Shown: positions 1 to 24,827, counted from the stretch's first letter. The stretch: DNA of 64,000 nt from Hormiphora californensis (GCA_020137815.1 CM035351.1:5518001-5582000), one strand, 5' to 3'. The notes: generated by a model not told the origin, from the letters alone. Numbers and translations are program-made.

Positions 1-10146
<10,146 letters not shown>

Positions 10147-12179
10147 GCCTGATCCTGAACAAAGTTTCAAAGGTTAAAAACGGATGACAAAATGAAGGAT
10201 AGTTCATATTAACACATATCCTAATACATTTCCATTAGAAAAGGTGGTCAAATCGGCCACCCCCTAGTAGGATGCTCAATCAATTCGCCAAATTATCTGA
10301 TCTGAATGCTGAGATAAGATATACTATTGAACTCAAATAGACTGTTATACACAGTTCCAAAACACTGCCAAAGATTGGAAAAGTAACATGAGGGACTCAT
10401 CGTATAGTGACTTAAATACCCTTCGGACCAGAAGAGTAAGATAATTTCATTAATTAAGTGAGGTAATCCAGGAAAACGTTTCTCGCTGGACACGATCATA
10501 CAGATAGGAAGAGGGTCGGTCTCCGGGGTAAGCTCGGTAAATATTAAACCCAAGATAGGTGGGACCTATAACAGAATAATCAAATTGAACTGGAGGAGCC
10601 ATGGATAAGACAACACACACAGTCGCTGCTGCTGCAAGGATACATACATGGGTTATATAATTTGATTTTCCCTCCTCCGCTCAACAAATATTCTGAGTAA
10701 GGGGGAGAGAACGGGGAAGGAGAGAAAGAAAGGGGAGCCCCACGGTCCCCCCGGAAGGAACTAGGGAATACTGGTTTAATCTGCTAGGGGCATGTTATTT
10801 TACATAATGCCGTGCACCCAAAATCTCCTAATTAATAATATTAGCACCTTAATTCAGGCCCTTTTTAAGATAAGAATACTACTAGGTACTGAATATTTCG
10901 CCTTCAGTAAATTTTTAAGGTGAAAATAAATCCAAAAGCGTGGTATTGAATATAACATTTCACACATAATACAATTAGTTCGACATGGGGTGAAAGTAAA
11001 AAGCTGCCTATAGAATGAAGCGCTCGAAGGTAAACACATGCCAGCCCGAGAAGAATCGATCTGGCAAAATAAACATTGGATTACTTTCATGCTGTTCTCT
11101 CTATCTTTCTATCTCTCTATCTCTCTATCTCTATCTTTCTATCTCTCTATCTATCTCTATCTGTCTCCCTATCTCTCAGTGAAAATGAAATCATGCAGAA
11201 ATGAAATAGTGATGGATCCCTGTCTGTCTCCAATTCTTTTGATCATGAGATCTTCACCACGCCCCAATTACAGATCTAGATCTGTAACAATGTATCATTT
11301 CGATCTAATCAGTGATCGGATCACTAATTGGCAATTGTACTGATGGCCATGGTAAATTTGGCACCTCCCTGAAAAATGAGAATGAAATTACTGCACGTGT
11401 CCAACCCGCGGGTTGTAAAATTACATAAACATTGGAGGGCAATCTGAAAGATTACATTTTTCATGTAGGTCAGCCTATGGTAAGGGGGAACACACTTTTA
11501 TAGGGTCAATACCAAAAAAAGGTCTTCATTTCCTGTATATTATTTTCACCGCCACCACCACTTTACCATGCGCCTTTTTTATTTCTTTTTTTGCATAATG
11601 CCACATATTCTAAGTTACAAAGTGGCAGAATGAATGATTCTCCGTGATGTACCGACAGGGTGTTCAGGGCGTTGGGCTTCACCCAAAAAAAGTTGGCAAG
11701 ATTAGGTCATGAAACTTCATACTTGGACTATCCTATACCCTCATTCAAAGTTCCTGGGGTTTTCTGAGCACTAGCACCCCGGGAAGTGTGTTTTTGGCAT
11801 CAAAACTACGAGAAGAAATTTTTCCTGGTGCTGAGACTTAATTGCTAGAGTGTTTTATGGATATTTTTTATGTCAATCCCAAAGTTTCATGGAGATTGAT
11901 GTACATAAACTTTCCGGCTGTCAGAACTTTTTTTCTGAGTGAAGCCCAACGCTTGTAAAGATCCAAAATTAACACCTTGTACCTTTGGCAGGTTTTTGAT
12001 TTAGGTTTAATTGGAATGTTTCCTTTCTCTCGATCTTGCGAAATGTGCAGGAACAATAAATGATTATATATTAGGTACGCTAGGGAAGAAACCCGGATAT
12101 TTTAAAACCTTTTCTCTCATCTCCTGCAGCCTCGCAATGTCGAACTTGTCCTTTATATCTTGAACAATGGGTCCCAAAT

Positions 12180-12277
<98 letters not shown>

Positions 12278-12623
12278 ACTCTTAAATTATTGCAATTATT
12301 TGCCACAACCGTTTCACCAATAGCAATTGTGTACCCTTATCCACTGCACATAATAAAAGGGGTTGGTTGAACCAAAGTGGGATATAACATACCGGATATG
12401 TGTTATTGTGTTGGACAAAGGTGACAATAGTTTCTTTTCAGTAAAAAACAGTCCCTGAAACTTGTTTCCATTGGGTAGGAGGGGGGGGGTCTTATGGGAA
12501 TCTCTCTAGGTCCGCATTTCCTGCTTGGATGAAAGAGTAACAAAGATCTTGTATTGTCTGTAGTTTATTGGCCTGTTGCACTAGGAAAAGTATATTGATC
12601 ACGCGGGATGAAAAGGGAGGAGG

Positions 12624-12699
<76 letters not shown>

Positions 12700-13226
12700 G
12701 CAGGACAAAGGGTTTACATGGTTAACCAAAGGCACGTGCTGCAATTTCCTTGCAATCCCATTGTTGTTGACTGCCTTTAAAAGCCCACCTCACTCCAACC
12801 CATCGTGAGATTAGTGTCGTAAGATCACGACTCTGATCAGTGATCGTCGATATACCATTTAATTTCTGCTGCTTCGATCGAATTCCCATTAGCTTCGAGA
12901 AGAATTTTGCAACAACTGTTAATTGGAGCATCACCGAGAGAGAAATATAGGGAGTAGAGGGAGAGATGGGGAGTCTGTCAACCCGTTAACTCCTCTCGAG
13001 AACGGAGACATAACAGGGAAAACACTTTGTGGGGAGAGAGAGAGGGGAGATTTGTTACTAATGGGTACTAATTTATATTTGGCTAACAAATTTAAAAACC
13101 ACGCAAGAGGGGTGACGCGGTACTGGTATCGGCTCGCCACCTTGTCTTTTAAATTATAAAAGGATCACACTTTGACAATTAAATCAGAATTCTTCTCACC
13201 ATTTTAGCAGCTTGTCCAAAACTACC

Positions 13227-14069
13227 ATGTCTCCATTGACCATTGCTACCATTATATCCTGTGCTGTCGCCCTCTCCATTGCTACCGGTAAGTGGGTATT
13301 AAAGGGAGATCTCAATCACTCAGTACCACTTTGAGACGAGTTATTTAGACCTTTGTCGATTGATATGAAACCATTGAATTATATCCGTAGGATTGCCAAT
13401 TCATATTACAAGTCACCATCTTAAAACCATTATCCTGCACTCCAGGACCCCTTAATTTCTAAGATAAAACCCTCTAGCCGTGCTGGTACAATTAATAACC
13501 CCATTTTCCCTCAGAGTCCGGTGCCCCAGATTGTAATAAAAAGGAGATGTGGGAGTGTGGACGATGGAAAGCCATGAACCTCTGTCAGAAGGAACCCTAC
13601 TATACCATCTGCCCTCAGGCATGTGGATCATGTAAGTTGCAGAGAATTGGAGAAACTTGTCATTTTAATTTATTTCAAAGGGTCGGAGAGGGAGTTAGAA
13701 AGTTAAAGAGTTCTACTTTATGATAAGAACTTCTTAGAGCATGTCACGCCACCACAGGCCAGACTACCCATTTGGTCGGATAGCCCCATCTAGCACGGTT
13801 CAGTTCCCCTGATAACACCAGTAATTACCCAGCTCTAACCCTCCTGATCCCCCTCCCCCGAATCAGGTGACTTTATGGAGTTGGTCCAGGAGCAGCTCGC
13901 CAAGAGGGCCGAGATCCCTGCCCGAGTCAAGAGGAACACTTGTGAGGACGTCCTGGACCAGTCCGTCTGTCAGAATGCCAAGAGCAAGAAGATGTGTGAC
14001 TACGGAGCCTTCGGTGGGTTTGGGTCTACCATCAGGAGCAGCTGTATGGCTACATGTAACATCTGCTAA
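13227..14069 (+). CDS. Secreted precursor with two ShKT (ShK toxin-like) domains, 126 aa
   Basis: Exons 13227-13287, 13515-13631 and 13867-14069 (two phase-1 introns, 381 nt in total). Signal peptide, then two six-Cys domains ending CPQACGSC and CMATCNIC, separated by KR and RVKR sites. Confidence 0.88.
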
Positions 14070-14535
14070 ACAACAAACGGTGCCAATACCATCACTATAT
14101 AATGCCTGGCAACAATTCTATCTTTTGTTAAAGGGGTGTGTTTGTGAAGTCTGGAACTATCAATTTAATTTGTGAGGTTGAACGATTTTATCTTCTATAA
14201 AGTAGTAAATTATATGTAACGTGCAATTAATTGCAATCACCAAATACTTCGCTGTTTTAATTTTAATGTCACCGATGAAACGTTCCGAAAATAAGGATAG
14301 TTTTATTGTTCGTGAAACCATGGATTTTTTGGCAGGGCTCCCAAACCATTGGCCCCATGAGGCGGAGTAATTATATCCGTCCTCTGTTCCAGAATGGAGA
14401 GCGAATGTATATTATATTAGTCCATGGATTAAAAGTGTAAAAGTCCCGTAAAAGTTCAAGAGCAATTCTTGAACTGATTTCAATGAAATCACAACTAAAA
14501 TCCGGGTGAAACGTTAGTGACAACTTTTATCTAAA

Positions 14536-14617
14536 CAAAGACTCTTGTCCAAGTTTCACTAAACCCTACTTCACTACAAAGACTCTTGTCCAAGTTTCAC
14601 TAAACCCTACTTCACTA
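14536..14617. repeat. 41-bp tandem duplication
   Basis: Two copies of CAAAGACTCTTGTCCAAGTTTCACTAAACCCTACTTCACTA. Confidence 0.85.
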
Positions 14618-16004
14618 ACAGCTAGCTGTCAGCTAATGTTATCGACCAGTATGTGTCACACGGTGTCTCACCCTGGATATGGGGTGCAAAATGTCAGGAA
14701 TTTATATTCTGACTTATGGTGTTTGGTAAATTGGCCCCGTAGTTTGAGCTACAGACAATGGTGGGAGGTTGAAACAGAATTTAAGAATTGAATTGCCTCT
14801 CCTGGGTATAAGATTCAGTGGAATTGCTAAAAGGTTTCTTGACGAATCAAAATGTTTTGGCCATCAAACAGAATTTAAAATATTTATTTTGACTGCGACT
14901 AAAATGATAGGATAAGAAAGAGGAGACAGAGTGTTCGTTGGTTTATGAATCTGAGCTGTCTGACAGGCGGATTTCTCGTTCAATATAACATCTCTGATAC
15001 TACAGTGTAGTACGATCAATTAGACCGTTTAGAGATCGTCTAGAGGACCCTTTCTTCGCACTACCCCGATCCGATTTCTAATCGGTTCACTCTCATTTTT
15101 TGTGATTCGTGCGAGAGATATATGGAGAGAGCGAGAAGAATCGGGAACCGAATGGCTATATGATTTACTTGTACGACGTCTCCTATAAATTCAGATCGAA
15201 AACTACGCCATACTTTATAACGATTCAGTTCAGTAACAACAATTCTCTGTGTGTGATGCGCAAGACATCATCATTCGAGCTGTCATACGACTTCCATCTA
15301 GATTTTCATATTCTAGAGACGCGGTAGGCGTGACTAAGCCGCTACTCAGTGAACCATTACGGGATTACCAAGAAACATCCCTGCGTACCATGTAGACATT
15401 ATATAAGTACTACTCTTGTCTTTAATTTGTACGAGATCACATAGAATACTATTGTACCGACCTTGCCTGTAATCCCTGACCTAATTTAATAACCAGTAAT
15501 ATTGTCCGTCATGAATGACTAGCTGTATATCAGCCAGTTAAACTATTATTATCATTAAAGAATCATGTGGGGGCAGGGACAATTAAAATCTGAATTTTAA
15601 AGCAGGTTTTATCACTTTTGATCGAAAGCGATAAAAGATGCAGAGATCAATTCTGGATTTCAGAGCGTGTTTGATCATCTTTCATGTTGATATATTGCTG
15701 AATGCCCCGGCCGTTGTTTCATTTTTCTTGCACAAATCGTGGTATTTTTCGGACAGTACAGAATACTGTTATTAAAGTACTAACTTGATATCTTTCTTGT
15801 GTGCGCTTATAATATCACCACAGCTGCCTGTTCAGAGAATAGAAACATATTTAGCCTGCTTGGGAGATTACACAACAACTTTAGACCGAGAAAGATAGAT
15901 ATACTTATGCCATTTACTGCTGTTTCATCATCAACTGAGTGCCCTAATTATAGGCAACAAGCGGAATGTACAACTCCTGTGAAAAGAGGAGTTGACAGGA
16001 GAGA

Positions 16005-16145
<141 letters not shown>

Positions 16146-16808
16146 AGAGTACCTTCCGTATGAAGTCAGAAAGAGACGACAGAATTAGAGAGAGAGTAGA
16201 GAGATCGATAGAGTATGAGACAACGAGTAGACTGTACTATCGACGAGCTCATCTAGATCACTGACCGTCGTAGACTGAGCGTGAGACTCTAGCCGCCGAG
16301 CAGCGTCAGCCGAGAATCATATCTTCGGAAGAAGCAGATCGAGTTCAGAGGAAACATGATCTAAGAAGTGAGTAACGTGGAGCTTACCCTCCTCGGCCGC
16401 CAGTTCTACAGAAATTCACATAACTATCACTTACTTAAAGATCGGCGCCTAAATAGGTGAATAAAATAGCGACGGACGCTGATATCCCGAATTTTATTCT
16501 CTCTCTCACTTTATCCCTCTCTCTCTCTCATGGCGTTACTTTAAATGTGTTTAACGTTGCTGACTGTCTGACTCGGGAAGGTCCATTCTGTAGTGAGAGA
16601 GGAAGAAGAGGAGAGAGAGGAGAGAGAGAGACAAGAGAGAGCGAGGAGACAGTAAGACGGAGAAGAGGGGGGAGAGAGCAGAGTGCAGTGACAGTGAGGG
16701 ACAGATGGAGAGAGGAGAGAGGACCAGAGAGAGAGAGACAGAGAGAGGGAGTGAGCATGAGAGAGAGAGAGGACAGAGAGAGAGAGGATGCAGATGACGA
16801 GACGACGA

Positions 16809-16845
<37 letters not shown>

Positions 16846-16985
16846 ATGAGATAGAAAGAAGGAGAACGTGGAGCTTACATCGGCCGCAAGGCTACGAGAA
16901 GATTCACATAACTATCACTTACTTAAAAGATGCGGCGCTAATAGGTGAATAAAATAGCGACGGACGCCGATACCCCGAATTTTAT

Positions 16986-17084
<99 letters not shown>

Positions 17085-17642
17085 ATCCCTCTCTCTCATG
17101 GCGTTACTTTAAAATGTGTTTTAACGATGCTGACGGGTCTGACTCGGGAAGCATCCATTCATGTACTGCCTTCCCCCCATTTTTACTGTAACATTGAGTA
17201 ACTAACAGTGGATATAATCAAAATTTAACATTTATTGTAAGATTGGTGTGTCAACCTTGTAGGGAAATAGATGGAGTTATATGAGCAAATATGGAGATAT
17301 TGAGATAAAGAGTTATGTATCTGTATTGTCTGTAGTTCTCATCTTTCTCTGCGAAGATATAATATTGTCTTAATACTAGAGAATATCTCATGTAACCATG
17401 GTAAATGAAATAATGTTACTCGTGAGATGTTGTAATTGTTTGTCGATACTCCCACTGTATTTTTGTTGTTGTTGAGCAATAAAAGATTGAAGTAGTCATG
17501 ATCTACCGAGCTTTTGTCCCTCTTGATTCGCTTGAAAATGTCTCTCGTCCTACGAGATTGCCATATTCAGACTATTAGTCTTTACTTCGCCTCATCGTTA
17601 CTCTCTCACGAGAAAAGTGCACATGTGAAAACTTCATCCTAA

Positions 17643-17722
<80 letters not shown>

Positions 17723-18026
17723 CCTACCCTCTCCCTCCCTATAATATTTCTCTCCTACCTTCTGCCCATCCCAACAAACACACGGGGGATGAACGCACGG
17801 CAATTATCTTTTTCATACCTTCCCAAAACAACTATTATTATTGTGAGGTAGCTCCCTCTCGGAACTCCTGGATGTCATGTTTTTTTTCATTTTTTACTTG
17901 AAACAAAACCCCTCTGTGCTAGTTCAGTTATAACTTCCTACATCAAATTTTGCTACGTATTAGTAAAGCATGTGATAGAAATCCTCAGACAATGCTTCTG
18001 TAATGTACTATTTCCCTCCATCTCTC

Positions 18027-18145
<119 letters not shown>

Positions 18146-18282
18146 TTCTCCTCATCTTCACTGGCACGACCATACCACATGTGTGAGACTCTACCGGAAG
18201 CGACGCGCCCATGACACAAACTCTACGACACAATATATATGTGCTACAATGACCATTGAGAGTAAATTATGACCGGGTGAGG

Positions 18283-18837
18283 CGGGGGGGGGGGATCAAC
18301 ACTTAACTACATGACACTCATGCCAGTTAGGGTGGGTGGGTGTACGAGGGGTCCGGCAGTTAAGTTTTACACTTAACTGCCTAAAAATAGGGGGTCTAGG
18401 GGTGTTTATATGGTGAAAATTTAAATAACTGCGCTTAATGGCCGATTTTTTGAAGTTTTCAACCCCCTTTTTCGCGCGCTCGTTATTTTTTGTGCACCTA
18501 TCACATGTGTGTGGCGAACATTTTTTACGCATGCCACTCTAAGTGTCTCATACTAACCAATTCGGAATTCGGATCCGTTACCTAAACTGGTCTGTGTTGT
18601 TCTTAGTGATGGCAGTTGATTTTAGACACAATATATAAGTCTCTCCGTGTCTTTCGTGCTATTTTTAGCTCCCTTTTAGCTAGATTTGGGGGGTGGGTCT
18701 ACATTTTCAGATGTGACGGCAGTTAAATTTGGCACTTAAGTGCAAAATATGTGGGGGGTGGTGGGTGTCAAAAAATTTTTGAAAATTTGGCAGTTATCGG
18801 CATGAGTATCATGCAGTTAAGTGTTGATCCCCCCCCG
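18283..18837. mobile_element. Non-autonomous DNA transposon with about 40-bp TIRs
   Basis: CG(n)ATCAACACTTAACTACATGACACTCATGCC ... GGCATGAGTATCATGCAGTTAAGTGTTGATC(n)G, with 7-bp direct repeat GGTGAGG on both sides. Confidence 0.75.
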
Positions 18838-19604
18838 GGTGAGGGTATTCATTATTCACCCTGATAGCCTACTTGCTATGTCATAAGTGGTGGAATTCGA
18901 GCCTTCAGGGACGTTTACGGTCCTCTTTTATAAGGGTACAATATGCCGCTTGGTAGTTTATGGGAAGACGTTGTGACGATGTGAATATATTTCCTGTTAA
19001 TGCAACCGTTAGGAATTTCTGCTGATGCAATAGTGACCTATGAAAATCTCCCACCCCGTTTCTCTCTCTAACTCTCTAACTCTCTTTCTCTCTCTTTTCT
19101 CTCTATAAACTCTCTTTCTCTCTCTTTTCTCTCTTAAACTCTATCCTCCTCTCTCTCACCTAATTCTCTCGGTAAACAAACCAACATCTTCCTGTAAATC
19201 TCTAGCTTGCTTCACTGTCTCTTCTTGCAGCTGTGCAAGATGCAGCTACCACTGTTTTTCTAGCTTGTTTTACACACCTCAATTGTTAATAGACCGAATT
19301 GATTAGGTTTAAAAGCTGTGACAATATATTGAGTCATCGGAACTTAGCCGAATCTGCACCGACCACTGGCCAAACCGGATACAATATAATACACATATTT
19401 TATGCGGTAATGTTGTTTGTGGTAGAGACCACAAATGTCCCACATTGTTGTGTGCACTGTATAACACACTTACACACATGAGCTGCATCTTTAGTACTAT
19501 TGTGGTTAGAAAACTCTCTATTTGCTTGCGGTCGCTAGTGCAGGACCACTATATATGTCAGCTGTGTTCATTCTTAAAACATGATGACGTCACATATCGT
19601 CTTT

Positions 19605-19713
19605 CAGGAACCGACCGAAACAAATAAATAACCAATCAGAACTCGTTATTTAGGTCACGTGACTGGTTATCAGCCAATCAGGGACCAGTATTTCCTGATT
19701 CGGTCGGTTCCTG
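19605..19713. mobile_element. hAT-type MITE family A (109 bp, complete)
   Basis: TIRs CAGGAACCGACCGAA / TTCGGTCGGTTCCTG and 8-bp TSD TCGTCTTT. Confidence 0.92.
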
Positions 19714-21348
19714 TCGTCTTTATTATGATTATTCTAGGAGGGGGTACGTATTAATCAGTAATTACTGTGTAGGTCGATATATAATACATTTAACCGTCGT
19801 ACTGAAGAAATTAGAAAAAGGGAGGAGACAGAGAGCAAAATTTTTCCAAACATAGAAAGAAAAGAGCCGGTTTTGAATTTTAATTCGGTGCTGGTTTTGA
19901 TTTCTGGACTTACACTGGCGCGGCTCGTTTTCCAGGTAAGAGTACATAGATGTAAAGACAAGGAGAGTGGGCTAAATAGATAGAGAGGAAGGGAGATAGA
20001 GAGATAGGGAGATAGAGAGAGAGGTGAGGGAGATTTAGGGAAATTCTATACGTTCAATTTCAAATCGCAACTAATTATTTCTTGGTCAATTGTAGCCACG
20101 TCTGGCATCCTTCTTTAATTTTTTTTTATATCTATGTTTCTCTCTCGCTATCTCTCTTCCTCCATCACCATCTCTCTCCCTCTCTATTTCTTTCTCTCAT
20201 TTTCATATATCATCTTCATCGCCAATCAACAATTTTATTTTGGGCTGACCTTGCATTTTCTTTTATATTTCTTGACAGAATGAATTATACCTCGTGGCCT
20301 TTGTTATACGCAGTTCATGCCATTATATGATGATAATATTAACACATGCCCACAACATTCAAATTCCAACCAACTAGACTGCAAGCATTGTATTGCGTAA
20401 CTAAACCGTCCAGATATCTAGTATCTATCTATCTATCTACAGAGTGCCTGTATAACAAGAGATAATTCTTGCTCTAGGTACTACAACTTTGGTTACGAAG
20501 TCACCCCTATTATTGCATATAGGGGTGACAATACCGCCTACCTAAAAATGAAAATTTACGGGACCTTCTCATAAAAAGTTATCGAAAACTTGTCTAAAAC
20601 CTATCTAAAACGTATGGTACTAGTTTGTATAGTAACCAGGACCTGAATTCTACAGAAAGTAACGACCGGTAGCGATTACACCACATGTTTAACAACAGAG
20701 GTGTGTCGCATAACTCCTTATATGGGCATAAAATTCCAATCTTGTGGAATTTTTTCTGACTCGACTATAGCTTAGTTATCAATGAATCCACCTCTAATAC
20801 CTTTGGAATGGCATTTTGCACATTTCTGAAGGTTTTTGTAGCCAAATTCCAGCATCTTCATAGTTTTCCAAAAACAAAAACAGTGTTAATGGCCAAAATA
20901 TCGAAAAATTCCGGTATGTAATGGTAGCTCAGACAATTTCCTCGGTATGTTCAAAAAATTAGAACTTTCTGTTTTGTAGTTTGGACACAGGAATTTTTTT
21001 CCCGCCGTACAAGCGATATTATTACCCCTCCGTGAGCTAGCGCAGAGGGGGAATTTCATTACCAAACTACAACTAAACCTTCCAGCTAGTCTACTATGAA
21101 TTGCAATTAGGCTGAGCCCTGGTAAATATCTCGTACTTGAGCCTACAGCTACATCCCTCTCTTTCTTGGTTTTATATTCCTCTCCATTCCCCAACTCATT
21201 TTCTTGCAGCTGTGCCCTTCACACACTCGAGCTCTATAACACTCGACTCCGAGCTGCCTGAAAATCTCCCTTTGCCTCTTGGGATCTTGTAAAAGATCTA
21301 CACTTTGCTACATGAACGAATCTCGTTTCTAACCCCGCTCTCCTTCGT

Positions 21349-24300
21349 ATGATAGTGAAATATGGCTCACTGAACAGGGATACAATGTTTTATAACACGA
21401 TGGAGGCATGTCACCACGACCACGAAATAATCGAACCGAGATGCAGCAAGAGCCTAACTGTAACTACTTCCATTGTCCTTGCTTTCCTAGTCCTCCTAAC
21501 CGCCATAACTAACATCATCACTCTTAGGTGAGTGAGCACGATCCACCGTATATGCAATGTGTTTGTGGCTTGCATCTCTGATTGAACTTTGAAGTCGTGT
21601 GGTTCATGTGTCGGCGGTTTGCTTACAAAGTTTATCTGTACAGTTTCCATGACAACATGTTTACCATTTTCTCAACAAGGCATTTGTCTCCATGGCAACA
21701 ACCATTCTCTCAACAGGGCATTTCTGAAGATGAAACACAGCGCGAACAACACCTTCTTCATAAACCTCGCTCTAGTATACACACTGGTTGCCGTGATAGT
21801 CCAGCCCTTCTCGATGTACCTTGTGGGAGTGCAGACACTCCAGGAACCTCTTCCTTCCATAGCAGCCGTGCTCTGTCAAATTACCGGGGCTACATTTGAG
21901 GTAGCGATCTATACCTCCCTCTTCTCTCTCACTTCCATCAGCCTCGATAGGTAAGCATCAGGAACCGACCGAAACAAGTAAACAACCAATCAGAGCTCGT
22001 TATTTAGGTCTCGTGACTGGTTATCAGCCAATCAGGGACCAGTATTTCCTGATTCGGTCGGTTCCTGGTAAGCATGATCTAGTAACTTCGCTTAAATCTA
22101 AGTTATCGATTATATCGATAAAACCCCGAAGCCATGCTGTTAACATAATATTCTCAGCATATTTAAATTAGCATAATTTACAACCCGTGACCGGCGTGCC
22201 GAGACGTGAGCATGGTTAAAGATTAATTAACATGTCAATAACTTAAATAACTATCTCGTCTCGCCACAAAACCATATACCTGCATCTCCTTAATTGTCAT
22301 ACCTGCATTCCTACGTCAAACAAGCTTGATAATCACAAGAAATTTAGAAAAACTCTTAGCTGCATGGATTCCCCGACGCTTAAACCACGTTTCCAACGTC
22401 CCTCTCTTTCTGTCAGGTATGCGATAGTTTTTCATCCACTCAAGTACAAATGCCAGATAAACCGTACTAAGGTTCTCATCTGGAACGGAATTTGTTGGCT
22501 CGGTGTTTGTATCATGATCATCCCCGTGGCAACGAGTTTCGCAGTTTCCACGACAACCCTTCGCATCTTCTCAACCCACAATTCTACAACCGTCTGCCAG
22601 GGACGCTACTGGTTCATGGTACGTGTTATTTGCAGTGTTATATTTGTACGTCATTATTATGTGATTGAGGGATTGTGTGCTGATCGCTAAATCATATACA
22701 GAATCATAGAAACCGAGAGATGATTTATTTTCCTTTTAATCCTGTGTGATTTTGTTTGTGCATGGCGCCATAGCAACCCCCACTCTAACCACAGTCGCAG
22801 ATATCACATCCACACCAGGATCCGGAGCAACCCTACAGCCGGGACAACCACATCTTCATCTACCTCCTAGCCTCAATCTACATCGCCTTCTTCTGCCTCT
22901 CCCTGGCACCGAACTTGGCTGTCATAGCGAAACTAAACCGATCTAACTACAAGCTAGAGTCTGCCATTACGAACTCTCTGCCGCCTCATGGACCACCATC
23001 CAGAGATGGCAGTCATTCTAGGTGAGTTAATTAGCTAATTAGTATCTAATTACTAAGGCAATTACACTGAATAACTGAGTTATGAGATTAGTCATTATTT
23101 TTTGGCACCAGTCATTTAGTTTAATTTTAAATGACCGGCGACGATTTCTGTCCAGTTTCTAATTTATCCACAGCTTTCTCTTTTGCATACGTCAGGTTAT
23201 ATTGACAATTACTGAATCTAATTCCCCCAGCCTAACTGATCTTCCTGGAGAGGAATTGTCCACGACCCCCACGTCCCTCGTCCCATCTATATCCAGCTGC
23301 TACGACGGTATGAAAGCAGTCTCTCCCTCTTCACCCCTAATCGAACGTCCAGCTATTCCAGGCGCCAAGAGGAGTAGCAGGAAAAACTCTGCTCTCGTTT
23401 CCAAAAGTTCCTCCCGGAAGTCCCTATCAACGCCAGCCTTGAAACTTCCGACGGGCTCTGCAGTCAAGAAGTTATCCTTTGCAGATATGCCCAAGTCTAT
23501 GTCAGCTGCGTCAATTACCTCGTCACCCAGGCAACCTCCAGCGGAGGACCCTCTTAAAGGAGTGCATGCTCTGGAGCGAATAGCCTCGAGGAATAAATTC
23601 CAGGCCTCCGTCAAATCGAGCATGAGAAAGGTAATTTTGATGATCTAGATGTAGCAAGATAACATATATATCCATCAAACCAGTCAATTGGACTCCTTCG
23701 AGAGCAAGCTATTAAGTATTTCGACGAGTTTACTCACACAGCATTCAGATCACTTGAAACTACTTCCCCGATTTAAGGTCTCGAACGCGAATACGTTCAT
23801 AATACGAGATACGAGAGCAGTTAGTCAACGGAAAACACAGCAAGCACACATCAGGAGGAAAAAGCAAAGATCTATAGTGTTCACCCTTATCATGATGTGT
23901 CTGGTAGGTGCCGTAATTATATCAATTAATTACTAATTTGTTATTAATTTTAGTTAATGTTATATTCCGTCCAAGTTATAAATGTTTTCGTTTACTATTA
24001 CGCGGGGTAATTAGAATCAGAATCGTTTACAAATTCTCCATACTTGAACCCAGATCTGTGAATCTATGATTTGATTCTGTGAATGTCTCTCTCCCAGCCA
24101 ATATCCATGTACATTTCAAAGCACTCGAACATATATTCTTTTGTATTGTCCAATATGGGAGAGCCTGAACAAGTTCTCTTTTGTCTCAACTTTTACATCA
24201 GGCTTTGTCTCAGCTGGCACTCACTCGCCGCCTCTCTGTCTAGATATACTTAACAGACATGCAAAACTACTTAGAAAAATCAATCACCGATCCTCGAAAT

Positions 24301-24827
24301 ATTTATTGAACTTCCCCTACGATGTTACAATGAGAATGGTATTGACTATTCAATAAAACAACCAATCAGAAGTCGTTATTTAGGTCACGTGACTGGTTAT
24401 CAGCCAATCAGGGACTAGTATTTCCTGATTCGGTCGGTTCCTGACAATGAGAATGGTATTGACTATTCAATAAAAACTGCCGCCGGGAGGAGAACTATCT
24501 AACCTCCTGTCTCTCCTGCAGGTGTGTCTAATGAGTACCGGCCTCTACGGAGTGGCTGTATTTACTGTCAACCTAAGGGAACACGATCACTCCTCTATCA
24601 TCACCATGTACATCAACTTCTTCGCGCCGTTTCTAATGTTTCTGGGAATGCTAGCAATACCGACCATTCATTTTTGGCGGAATGCCAACCTTCGCCGGAC
24701 AATTCGGGTTCAGTGGCATCAAACGTGTAACTGGTTAACAGGAAATGATAGACATGTGATAAAAAACACAAACACAACGACAATTACATCACGTATTTCA
24801 CGTTACAGCATGACATTTTGGAGTTAG
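21349..24827 (+). CDS. Rhodopsin-family (class A) GPCR, orphan, with long ICL3
   Basis: Exons 21349-21527, 21717-21950, 22417-22618, 22819-23021, 23231-23630, 23778-23903 and 24522-24827. Seven hydrophobic segments, TM1 Asn, FFINLA, TM3 Cys, SLTSISLDRYAIVFHPLKY and TM4 Trp. The start codon is uncertain. Confidence 0.88.
21959..22067. mobile_element. hAT-type MITE family A (109 bp, complete)
   Basis: Same TIRs as the other copies. The 8-bp TSD GTAAGCAT is the intron donor site. Confidence 0.92.
24359..24443. mobile_element. hAT-type MITE family A, one end truncated
   Basis: Internal sequence plus right TIR, flanked by a 32-bp direct repeat at 24327-24358 and 24444-24475. Confidence 0.85.

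Noticed and set aside
24522-24827. GPCR as an opsin
   Set aside because: No Lys in TM7 at the retinal-binding position.
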